A stretch of DNA of 58,119 nt, counting the filler, from Callorhinchus milii (taxonomy: Eukaryota), in the NCBI RefSeq assembly GCF_018977255.1. It is 2 parts of 2 records of this genome, joined end to end, with 100 filler letters (N's around TTAATTAATTAA, not from the genome) between each part and the next. Parts side by side here need not be neighbours in the genome. Positions count along the whole stretch, not along the records: positions 1 to 29,012 come from NW_024705659.1; 1 more part is not named here. One strand, given 5' to 3'. The position numbers were made by a program, and so were the translations under genes. A model generated the notes under the pieces. That model ran no database searches. It was not told the DNA's origin and saw only the letters and a program-made list of their open reading frames with translations. Positions within the stretch are counted from its first letter, which is position 1. Each line of letters begins with the position of its first letter. Positions 1 to 12,500 of this stretch are shown here, in pieces.

Positions 1-515
1 CGCCGCTGCTGCTGATGGTGGTGGTGGCCCAGCTGGTGCCAGCTGGTGTGGTGGCCCGGATGGTGGTGGTGGCCCAGTTGATGGGCCGATTGTAGATGAT
101 GGGAGTGGTGGTGGCGGTGGTGGGGTGGCCCAGCTGGTGGTGGTGGCCCGGGTGGGGTGGTGACCAAGATGGTGGTGGTGGCCCGGATGGTGGTGGTGGT
201 GGGGATGGCCCGGGTGGTGGTGGTGGCCCGGATGGTGGTGGTGGTGGCCCGATGGTGCGTTGGTGGTGATGGCCCGGATGGTGGCGGTGGTGGGGATGGC
301 CCGGGTGGTGGTGTTGGCCCGGATGGTGGTGGTGGTGGCCCGGATGGTGGCAGTGGTGGGGATGGCCCGGGTGGTGGTGGTGGCCCGGATGGTGGCGGTG
401 GTAGCCCGGATGGTAGTGGAGGTGGCCTCACTGGCAGTGGTGGCCCGGGTGGTGGTGGTGGCCCGGGTGGTGGTGGGGGTGGCCCTGCTGGTGGTGGCCC
501 GGATGGTGGTGGTGG
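1..515 (-). repeat. Coding Thr-rich tandem repeat (TTTTIRA-like) in the kinase A tail
   Basis: Degenerate ggtggtggtggcccggat units on + strand; reads TTTTIRATT... in frame after HSWLQ. Confidence 0.7.
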
Positions 516-3500
516 TTTGAAGCCAGCTGTGAGCCAGCGCCTGCTCAGGCGTCATCCGGAGATTCGGATCCCCATCTGTTGGGAGACGCACGGGGAGGAG
601 GGAGGGGAGGAGTGGGGGGGAGACGCACACGTGGTGAGAGGGGTATGGTGAGATGATTTGACAGGGTGGGAGGTGGGGGAAGAGTGGGGAGAGGGGGGGG
701 ATGGAGAAGGTGGAGGGAGTGGTGGTGGGTAGTGAGTGGGTGGCAGAGCTGTCAACCCGTACGGATTATTCCATATTCTTGTACACGGAAATTGAGTTTT
801 CAGATCCGTACGGAGTGCAGCCGTTTCAATTCTGGGTAAAAATAATAATTTGTGTCTATTTGTTTGTGTTTGTCCTTGTGATGGGACTTTGCAGGATGAA
901 CGTTGAGATTTATAAGGGGCACGGAGTAACCGACAATGTCTGAGTTGGGTCTGTTGTAAGGTAGGGCACTGATAAGGTGTTGACAGGTATGGGTGGTGAG
1001 TGGGGTGAGTGAGTGGGGGTGAGTGGTGTGGGGATAAGTGGAGATAAGTGGGGTGAGCGAGGGGTGAGTGTGGTTCGTACTGCAGGCAGCGGCTGACGAA
1101 GTCCCCAGCTGAGGGTGGTGGCCCTGCAGCGCACGGTGCAGGGGGAGGCTTCCTGGTGGCCGCTGCTTGACATGTTTTTGGGGAGGCCCTCAGAGTCTGC
1201 AGAGAGACGCATGCAGAGTCACCAACCACCACTCGCCCACATACCTGCTCATCCACTTACCTACCACCTACCTATCCACCTACATACCCACTCACCGAAC
1301 CACCTACATACTACCAACCAACCTACCTAACCACCCTACACACCCACCCAATCACTCACCTGCCCACTACCCACCTACCCTCACACCGACCCACTCACCC
1401 ACATACGCACTTACCCACCTACCCCACTCACTCACCCACCCACTCACTCACCTACCTACTCACCTCCCACTCACTCACTACTCACCTCCACCCTTCACTC
1501 ATCCACTACTCACTCACCCACCCACTTACCCACCCACTCACCTACCCACCCACTCGCTCACTCACCCACCCACCTATGCTTCCGAACGCCTGCTACTGAG
1601 AGCCCAAAAACCCCACCCCACCCACCACCCCCGAGATAATCAGAGCCCCCCCAGCCCCCCCCCACAAATAACCCTATAAGAGCCTCACTGCCACCCCACC
1701 TAACAAAACAGAATGGGTTACGTCGCTTGCGCCAGCCTGCTCGAGCCCTTCGACTCACCAAAGAAAAGTATCCTTTTTGGGGCGTCGTCCACCATCTTTT
1801 TCGGGGGCATGCCCAGGATCTGCGCATGGTTTCGGACGAAGACAAAAGGAGGAGGGGGGGGGGTTACAGCCGGTGGAGCCTCAGCGGGCCAATTGGGGCA
1901 AATACTGCATGTCAGCGGTGAGTCGTGGTGGAGGCAGCGCCTGTGGAGGCCGGCACTGTGTACAAAGACAACAATCCCGCTTCCCCGTATTATCCTCATC
2001 TCATTGCACACGAGGGGTGGGTGCCCAGTGCCACGCCCGGCCACCTTTGTCTCCCCCAGTGGAAATGTTTACTACACACTGCTACACCAGGTACAGTAGA
2101 ACCTCTGGTCATGAACGCTTCTGATCACGACCAAATCGGGTTCCGACCAAAAAATTCACAAAAAATTTTAATCTGGTAACGAACGGGTGGCGATCAAACA
2201 CGGCCGCGGCCGATTTCCCCTTCCGTGCCATTTTTTTGTTGAATTACACAACGCGTAACAGTTATCTATGTAACTTTTGTTACATAAAATTCCTAGTAAG
2301 ATATTAATTTTGTGAGTGTAGTCATACCCCTCCCCCCTCATTCAAGCCGTAATTTAGAGAGCGAAAGCGCTGAGTAGTAAATCGCTCACGTAATAACCCG
2401 TTAATCTCTTCTCACATCATTCATACGATGATGCGGTGAAGTAAACGTTCATACGATATTACGGTGAATGCTTCCAAAAACAATACTGTAAGCAAATATT
2501 ACTGTTAACTTACTTTCAATAGAAACATGAATTTCTCGTGCGAATATTCTCTCTCTCTCTCAGAATGACCGACTGATGTAGCAGACGAAACAATCATCTT
2601 GTTGAACGATTCCAAACCTTGACGCAGCAATATTAGTTTTCCCTGTTGTTCAAGGTTTTCTCAGTGTTATTCAATGTTTTTACATTTAGTTTACTATTAC
2701 ACTGTGAATTCTATGGCATAATTAACTATTTTTGTGCTTAAAAATCTTTAAAAACAATATTTACGTACAGTTCGTAGGAGTCTGGAACGGATTAATCGTA
2801 TTTACATACAATCCAATGGGGAAATTAGGTTCGAGTCACGACAAATCGGGTTGCGACCAAAGTTATGGAACGAATTATGGTCGTGACCAGAGGTTCTACT
2901 GTACTCGCTTGAGGCTTAGTCGACCTATGAGAGGCCCTGGACCAGTTCAGATATTCCTCTCTGGTGTTTGGGGTCGTGAGAGGGAATCAAACTCTATGAG
3001 TATGGGTTTCTGTGGGTCTGTATGGGTCTCTATGAGTATGGGTCTCTGTGCAATCCCACAGAGACCCATACCCATAGACACCTGCCCGCCCACCCACCAT
3101 ACCCACCCACTATACCCACCGTACCCACCCACCCACCGCCCGTACCTCAATGCAGCAGGGCAGGTGTTCTTCGATGGCAGGTGAATCGAAGAGCACCTTG
3201 CCGGTGGCCATTTCGGCCAAGGTACAGCCCAGGCCCCACATGTCCACAGCGGAGGTGACATCGTAGCCCAGCAGCAGCTCCGGGGCCATGTAGGGCAACG
3301 TCCCACCCACGTTTTTGGCTGCACAGCAACAACAACAACGACGATGAATATGAAGTAGTCCCTCCGTCAACAGCGACGTGGGGGGAACAAGTTTCTCTTT
3401 TTGTCGGCTAAACGCGTAGTCGGCTTCTGCGACCGATATTTCATGGCGGAGGCGAGTTATTGGGTTGGACCGCGTACTCTGGCTGCCTGCCTGATGATGA

Positions 3501-6500
3501 TGCTCAGCTGTAAATGCTCGAATTGTAAACGTCGTAGTGGGTTTACATCTCCAGCACACCGGTTAGTGCTGTGCAAGTGGCGAATTGGCGCGTCCTGTTT
3601 ACGTGACGCTGAACCTCGCCGGCCGGCTGCGTTTAAATTGACGCCATCTAATCCCCCCCCCCAAAAAAAAACTCCACGCATGCACGCAAGGCCACTCACT
3701 TTTATGCTTCAGGTAAAAGCTGCACCCGAAGTCGGTGACCCTCACTTTGCCGGTCGCGGTGAGCAGAATGTTGTCCTGGACAAAGGGGAGAGACAGAGAA
3801 GGAATTCCACGCTCTGAGGTTACGGCGAGAGTGTCCAGCCAGCAGTGGGTCGATCACGCAAAGTGACGCATTGACACCCACACGGGCAGCCCCCCCCCCC
3901 CGACTTGCGACACGGGCGACGTGCCTGAGACCCGTTCAAAGTTGTATTTTACTACCAGGGTGTAAGGCCCCGCTGAGCTGCTGTGTAGGTCTTTTATCGG
4001 AAACGACCCGGCCATCACGTAATCACAGCAGCTCAACCAAGGGGCTGATATCATCGTCAGCATCATCATCATCAGCATCATCATCATCAGCATCATCATC
4101 ATCAGCATCATCAGCATCATCATCATAATTGCGTGGACATGTATAGCAGCAGCCAAACACTCTAGAGACGTGTTTCAACAAGCCCATAGAGACCCATACT
4201 CATAGAGACCCATACTCAGAGAGACCCACACAGACATAGAGATCCACATTCTCATAGAGACCCACATACTCATAGAGACCCACATACTCATAGAGACCCA
4301 TACAGACCCACATAGACCCATACTCATAGAGACCCAAACAGACCCACAGAGACCCATACTCATAGAGACCCACAAAGACCAACAGAGATCCATACTCATA
4401 GAGACCCACACAGGCATAGAGAGACCCATACTCAGAGACCCACACAGACTTCGAGAGACACAGACTAAAACTAAGCTATGTTTTACTTTACTAGGTGTAA
4501 GGCCCCACTCTGAGCTGCTGTGCAGCTGTTTTGTCGGAAGCTCCCTGGCCATCACAAACGATAGCTCAACAACGTGGGCTGATATCAACATCATCATGCG
4601 GAAAGGTTACAGCAGCGGTCAAATACTCTAAACGCGTGGTCATGTTGATTCTGAACGTAGAGGGAAAAACTGGAGGGCTTGGAGGAAAATCCACGTGACC
4701 ACCACGGGGAGCGAGAGAGATGCAAACTCCAAATATACAGCAGGAGTCAGGGTCGGGATCGAACCCACGACCCCCTGTATACCAGGCGAGGTAGTTAACA
4801 TCTCCTAGCCACAGCTGCCTACCGTCAACCTGCTACCTCTATCTGGAAGGAGGAGGTGGCAGAGTCACAGTAGATTGACGAGCCAGCGCATCGACCCCGC
4901 GATCAACCGTGGCCGGCCTGCCTCCGCGCCAGCTAACCGAGCGCCCCGATGAGAGGGCGTGACCACCGCGCCCGCTCCGCTCACCGGCTTGATGTCCGCG
5001 TGGACGATGCCCCGCCCCTTGGCGTACAACAGGAAGTCGAGGATGGCCCTGGTGTGCTCCCTCAACCGCCTCACGTAGATTCGCCCGATGCTTCCTTTGC
5101 TCATGACGTCGTAGAGGCTCTTCCTGGCACGACAACGACGACGACGTTTAAACCCCTTTCCCGTTCCGATGACGTCCGCTCGGCGACCCACGACCCGGAC
5201 CCCAAACCGACTTGTGCCACTTGGTTAGTTTTGGGGGGAGGGGTCATGAAACGCCTCGTCGCTCCGCGGTATTCATCCTCGGTCTCGCCGCGCCGCACTA
5301 GCGCCAAGGGAACTGAATGTTTAGTGATAATAACTTCATTATGATTTTATTATAATTTCACCATGATTATGTTATTCCCTTTTATTATTTCATTACTATC
5401 ATTTTATTACTATCATATCACAATTTAACAATAAATGTATTCTATTTATTATTTTTTATTATCAATATTTCTTAATATAAATTTGTATTATAATTTTAAT
5501 TAGCAATATATTCGTATTATTTCATTATAATTTCCTTATCTTATAATTTTTTCCGTTATTTAATTGCCATATTATTGTTAATTAGAATTTTTCATTATTC
5601 ACCTATTAATATCGTATTATTAATATATTTTACTAGCAGGTGTACCCGTTCTTCGCACGGAAATTAATAGTTTAGTCCACAGATGTGACGTCACCGCTCA
5701 CTGCCGTGCAATAGATTATATCCATTATTCCCCCCCCAAAATACAAAAGTCTATTTTTATACTTTTTACATTGTGTACAGTACGGAAGCTACCCACGTGC
5801 CAAATTTAAAGTTTTTTGCATGTTGGGAAGTATGCAAAACATTTCGAACAGACACACATATCCACACATTTCCCTTTTATTTCTATGTAGATTCTCATGA
5901 AAAAAATAAATGTGTGATTCATGGGGAGCATTTCCGTGAGTCGCGTCTTCCGCAACCCGGGGGACTTCCTGCGTCTGATTTGTCGCCACGGTGTTCTGCG
6001 ATTGTCGATAACGCAGCGGTTCGCTGTGCTGAGCTGCTTGACCCACGCGGGCCATGTGGACGCGTGCTGCTCGACTTCCCAGAGCTTTGGAAACTCGATT
6101 GCCAAACAAATTGTGCTTGTAAAATTGTCAGATTAATTATTGCATAAATTAATTATCAAAATAGTAATTAAATAAGTTACGTATTCGATTAAATTAACTG
6201 ATTTAAAGAGGCGAGACATATTTTGATGAATTGTTAACTATCTTTAAACTCATTAAATAAACTGCAAAAATAAGTTAATTATGAAAGGTATGAAAAAAAA
6301 GCAATTTGGGAACAAATTAGAAAATTAATCCCCCCCCCCACTTTGCACAAGAGCACAGAAGCCTGATCACCACATCTGTGCCTCTATATAAGGAACGAAA
6401 CAGGTGGAATTCTCCACAAAATGTGGCTGTCGCCTGATGAAGCCAGTTGTAATTACTGGCGAAACATCATACTCAGAGATTGGAAATGTTGTGGCTTGGC

Positions 6501-9500
6501 TCTCCAACACACTGTTGTGCTGTACCATTATACTCCACTATACACTACTATACACTACTATACACTACACTTTCCATTACACTGTACACTACACAATACA
6601 CTACTATACACTACTATACACTACACTACTATACACTACACTTTCTACTACACTATACACTACACTATACACTACTATACACTACACTTTCTACTACACT
6701 ATACACTACTATACACTACACTATACACTACTACACTTTACACGACACTACACAATAGTACTGTACTAGTAACGAATTGGCACGTTCTGTTTGCATGACA
6801 ACCCTTACTAGTTGGCTATGTTGGGTGGTGGCGGGTTTAACGACACAACATTTATATATTTACTTAATCTAACCAAAAATACCTCTATTATGGATGATAT
6901 TGGTCGCGAAAGCCCTGCGTGTGAAACTCAATCAATAAATGTGATAAATCGATAAATCTAGTTGCTTGATCATATGTTAAATAAATATTTATTCCGAAAT
7001 AAATCAACTATCGAGCGGAGCAATGGACACGCACACGCACGTGGGTGGGTGGGTGGGAAGGGGAGGTTCGCGTACTTCAAGAGCTCGACGACGAGGCAAT
7101 TGTGTCCGCGGAATTGGAACGTGTCCAAGACCCGGATGACTCCGTAGCGCTCATCGCTGCCTTGCCCTGCAGCTCATTGGCCACCTCCAGCTCCGTCCTC
7201 TGACGGGCCGCTGTCGAGGAGCTGTGCAGCGGGAGGGGGAAGGCCACGAAATCAACGGTGACTCTGTGGGTGACTCGATGGGTGTCTCTGTGGGTGTCTC
7301 TGTGGGGGTCTCTATGGGTGTCTCTGTGGGTGTCTCTGTGGGGGTCTCTGTGGGTGACTCTGTGGGTGTCTCTGTGGGTGACTCTGTGGGGGTCTCTGTG
7401 GGTGACTGTAGATATCTGTGGGTCGGGGTGTTTCTGTGGGCCTCTGTGGGTCTCTAAGGGTATGGGTGTCTCTGTGGGTCTCTCAGGGTCTCTATTAGTC
7501 TGGGTGTCTCTGTGGGTCTCTAAGGGTCTGGGTGTCTCTGTGGGTGTCTCTGTGGGTCTCTCAGGGTCTGGGTGTCTCTGTGGGTGACTCTGTGGGTTAC
7601 TCTGCGGGTTTCTGTTGGGTCTCTATGGGTATTCATTCAGACTCTGTCGCCTCGACAGACCTGGTTTTCACCTGAGGACGGCTGCTTGCGTTGTGGCCGA
7701 AACGTCGTGAAATTATTTTATTGTGTTTTATTTTTATTATTTTATTACTTCCCTTCTACGTGACTTTACCGAAAGAACCAAGAAGATGAATCCCTGCAGT
7801 CACGAAAGCTTTAAATAGAAATTCTCTATGGGTATTTTAGTTCATAGTTAGCAATAGTTGTACAGCAGTTAATATTTTGTTAGTTAACTTTAGTTCATAG
7901 CAGTAGTCTTACGGCACGTTATTATTTTGTGAGTTCATAGCAGCAGTTTTACGGCAGTTAGTGCTTCTTTTTAGTTAGTTCATAGCAGTAAGTTTTCATA
8001 GCAGTTAGTATTCTGTTACTTTATAGTTAGCAGCAGTTTTATGGCAGTAAGATCTTGTTAGTTTATAGTTAGCAGCAGTTTTAGGGCAGTTAGTATTTTG
8101 TCAGCGAGTCCATAGTTATTGGCAGTTTCACGGCGGTGCCTCCAATCATTTGATGATTATTTTTCGAGAGCGCGGGCCACCGCGGAAGGCCCTCCGACTC
8201 ACCTCCAGGGCAGCGACAGCATCTTGACGGCCACGAGTGTTTTGGTTTTGTGGTCGAGGCACTGCAGCACCAGGCCCTGGCCTCCCTCGCCAATCATCTT
8301 CTGCACCTCATAGCGGTAGTGGAGCTGTTCCTTGCGGACCTAGGAGGCGAAGGCCAGTTGTCAAGAGTCGTCGCAATCAGAGCGTCGAATGTTAGGTGGT
8401 TGCAGCAGCAGTCCGGGCTTCCACGACCGCCATTATCAGCTATAGAGGTTTCTTTTTGCTTGGGTGTTAGATCGCGGAAATGTATAAATGTTTAGTTAAA
8501 CTGCCGAATGCTTGACTTAAAGCTTTCGTGACTGCAGGAATTCGTATTCTTGGATCTTTCGGTAAAGTCACATAGGTTCAAAGAAAAAAATATAAATAAC
8601 AGACAACTGGGACGTTTCGATCGCAACGCAAGCGGTCATCTTCCTGTTATTTTTATTATTTTCTTTGAACCTATCTACGTGACTTTACCGAAAGACCCAA
8701 GAATACCGAATGGCGTTAAAACTTGGGGGGATTTAACTACACATATTTGGACCATCTTATTTGACGGGCACTATTCTTTAGTTACCGTACAGTTTTCTGA
8801 TAGACAGCCAGTTTTGTTTTATCATGTTTAGCTTCTTTTTTCACACACTGGTTTCCTGCTTTAAGTTTTACCCACCCAGCAACATAGCGAGGGGCTGTTT
8901 CTTCCTGACCTGCTTTTCTGCTTCTACCATCTACGTAACAAAGGCTCAGTCCCATTAGAAGCAGTCGCACCTTAACAACTCTGGCACCTCCCAGCTCAAC
9001 CAGTCTACATAACAAAGGCTCAGTCCTAGCAGCAGCCTCAGCCGCAGCAGCCTCAGCCGCACCAACCTTACCATAATAAAAAACTCCTCCCCCCCTCAAC
9101 CAGTATATATACAAGGTCGGGTCTCTTGGAATTTCTCTTTACTTGATACAGCAATCGTGCTGTGACAGTTCCACCTGAAGACGGAAGCTTGTGTTGCCTC
9201 CGAAACGTCGTGATTTTTTATTTTACTTTTATTAATTTTAATTTTATTTTTTACCTACGTGACTTCACCGAAAAAACCCTAGAGTACTTGGGGGGGGGGG
9301 GTTGTTCGCCTTTTTGCGTTTATCCATCTAACACTGGGTAGTGAGACACTGGTGGCGAGACACTGGTGGCGAGACACTGGGTAGTGAGACACTGGTAGTG
9401 AGACACTGGTAGTAAGACACTGGGTAGTGAGACACTGGTGGTGAGACACTGGGTAGTGAGACACTGGTGGTGAGACATTGGGTAGTGAGACACAGGTTGT

Positions 9501-12500
9501 GAGAAACTGGTAGTGACACACTGGGTGGTGAGACACTGGTAGTGAGACACTGGTAGTGAGACACTGGGTAGTGAGACACTGGGTAGTGAGACACTGGTAG
9601 TGAGACTAGGTCCTAAAGAAGGATGCTCTCTCCGGTGTAGACCAATCAGTTTCAAAGGCAATGCCATACATTATCAGAGCATGTTTTTGTCTGCATGTTC
9701 ACCACAAGTATGTATTTTATGTCCAGAAAGGCTACAGCCTATTGCTACGCTGTTAAAGGCCCCACCACTGAGCTGCTATGTAGCCCTTGTTTCTCAAGAG
9801 CGACCTGGCCATCACAAATCATTGCTCAACGAAGTGGGGCCTCATCTTTATCACCATGTGGAAATGTACAGCAGAAGCAGCCAATTACTCTAAATGTGTG
9901 TTGACGTTGTTTCTAAATGTGGAAGGAGAAAAATCCACGCAACCACGGGGAGAAAGATAGAGACGCAAACTCCAAATATACAGCAGGCGTCAGGGTCGGT
10001 ATCGAACCCACGACCTCCTGTATACCAGGGGAGGGAGTTAACATCTCCTGGCCACCACGGCTGACGCCGTGAGTGGATTAGCCAAAGTTTACTACATATG
10101 GTGCGTAATAACTTTAACACTTTCACAGAGACCCACAGACACCCAGACCAATAAAGACCCAAACAGATCCTTAGACACCCACAGAGACCCCCAGAAACCC
10201 GTAACACAAAACCTTAACTGACTGTCCGTGTCTGGTGGTGGTGGCAGGTTGAACGATTACACATTTATACTCATGCCTTCTAACCCAACAAAAACCTCTG
10301 TGGGTGTCTAATGGTGTCTCTTTGGGTGCCTTTGTGGGTCTCAATGGGAGTGGGTCTCTATGGGTGTCTCTATGGGTCTCTGTGGGTGTCTCTTTGGGTC
10401 TCCATGGGTGTCTCTGTGTCTCTGTGAGCCTCACAGGGATGTAGTTGTTGTTATCGTCGTCGGAGCTGTCGGTGTTGTTGCCACCCCGGGGTTTGTCGAC
10501 CTTGTCCAAAGTGAAGAACCATACTTGTTTCATGGCCTCCAGCTCCAGCTTTTGGCGATGACTTAGCTGAGGCCCAAAGAGATCCAGGATCGCTGCACAC
10601 GTGACAACAATAACAACATCTTAGATTTTTAACTATTTCTGTTTTGTTTACATGCCAGGTAAGGCCCCCGCTAGAGCTACATCGTCATCGTCGTCATTAT
10701 CATAACATGGAGACTCATCACTCCACTCAGACCCACAGAGACCCACAGAAACCCATACTTGTGTAGGACTTGAAATGTCACGCGCCCCGCGTTATGTTGC
10801 TATGCGAGCGAGCAGCGTACAGTGGGGGCAACTGAGGATACAGTTGTTGTTGTGTGCCATTGAGAGGGAGGTCATTAAGAGACACCACAGGTGTTAAGGG
10901 TAACGGAGGACGCAGGCCGGTGATTGGTCAGGAGGGTGAGTGGCTGATGACTGGCGGCCGGGCTGATGGCGATAACATGGTCACGTGAGGCTGGGGGCCT
11001 GGGGGCGAGTAGCAAAGCGGGGGATGAGATAATTAATTGGGGCTGATTGGTTCGGGTATAAAGGCACAGCGTAACGGAGAGACGGGGGTCTTGGGGGAGT
11101 GTTGGAGTCGGAGATGGAGACGGTGCCTGGGACAGAGACGGAGCAGCAGGGAGCAGGAATAGATACAGATAGGGTAGCAGTGGATAGAGAGAATACAGCG
11201 TACAGTAGCAGTGGATAGAGAGAATACAGATAGGGTAGCAGTGGACGGAGCGAGTACTGAGTAGGGTAGCAGCGGAGTAACGGACCTAGGGGGAGAGAGA
11301 GAGAGAGCGAGCGAAGTCGCGGAGCGAGCGAACGGAGAGACATGGAGTGATGACGAGGAGGTGTGAACTATATGTGTGAATAAAAGAGACGAGAAAGACA
11401 AGAAGCTGTCGCATCAGTAAGAGTCCTACACTTGTATCGAACCATAGAGACCCACAGAGACCCATACTCATATAGATCCATAGATCCACAGATATCCATG
11501 CTCATATCGAACCATAACGACCATAGAGACCCATACTAAAACTAAACTATTTATTTTTATTTTGGCAGGTAAGGCCCCACAGAAGTGGCTGTGATCTTCA
11601 TCACGTGGAAATATATAGTGGCCGCCAAATACTGTATACCCACGTAACATGGCTGCCATGACATCCCTCGTGCAACATGGACACAATGACAACCCCCATG
11701 CAATATGGCTGCCATGACATCCCCCATGCAACATGGCCATCATGACATCCCTCATGAAACATGGCCGCCCTAAAGACCCCCATGTATAATGGCCATCGTG
11801 AAATCCTGCACGTAACATGGCCATAGTGACGTCCCCTATGCAGCATGGCTGTAGTGATGTACCCCATGCAACATTGCTGCCGTGACATCCCTCATGCAAA
11901 ATGGCCACAATGAAGTCCCCCATGCAACATGGCTGCCATAAAGTCTCATAAACAACATGGCCACCGTGAAGTCCCTAATGAAAAATGGCGGTAGTGACTT
12001 CCCCCCATTCAACGTGGCCATTTTTGCTGACTGCTGTTCCTCACCTCGAGGCGATTTACTGAGGATAGGGCCGGTGCCGGCTGCGGACAACGCGCTCCAC
12101 GTGTTGCCAGAGACTCCCTCCCTCCTTGCTCCAGCTTGGCTCGTCTACATGCACATACACACATAATAAACAATATTGGAGTACGCTCCTCTACACACAG
12201 ACTTCAAATAAACAGTAGACATCAGGTCGACCTCCTGGAAACCAAGTGAGGTTGTTAATATCTCGCCATTGTGGTGCCACAGAGTAGTGTACAGGCATCA
12301 CAAACACTCACTACATCTCCCGGAGGATTGTTCCGCTGTTCGGTTCGCAAGTGCGAGTTGTAAGTCGATGTTAAACAAATATATATTTCATGGAAGCTTG
12401 TTTGTAGTGTGGGTGGTGTTTGTAAGTGTGGGTGGTGTTCGTAAGTGAGGGTGTTGTTCGTAAGTGAAGGTGGTGTTCGAAAGTATGGGTGGTGTTTATA

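Noticed and set aside
157..651. Gly-rich plus-strand ORF (GGGGPDG repeats)
   Set aside because: Antisense shadow of the kinase A Thr-rich exon.
744..991. Small hAT-like MITE (cagagctgtcaac / gttgacaggtatg)
   Set aside because: TIR imperfect and no convincing 8-bp TSD; too weak to call.
4745..4810. tRNA genes at GGTTCGATCC motifs
   Set aside because: These are SINE heads; no complete cloverleaf recognisable.
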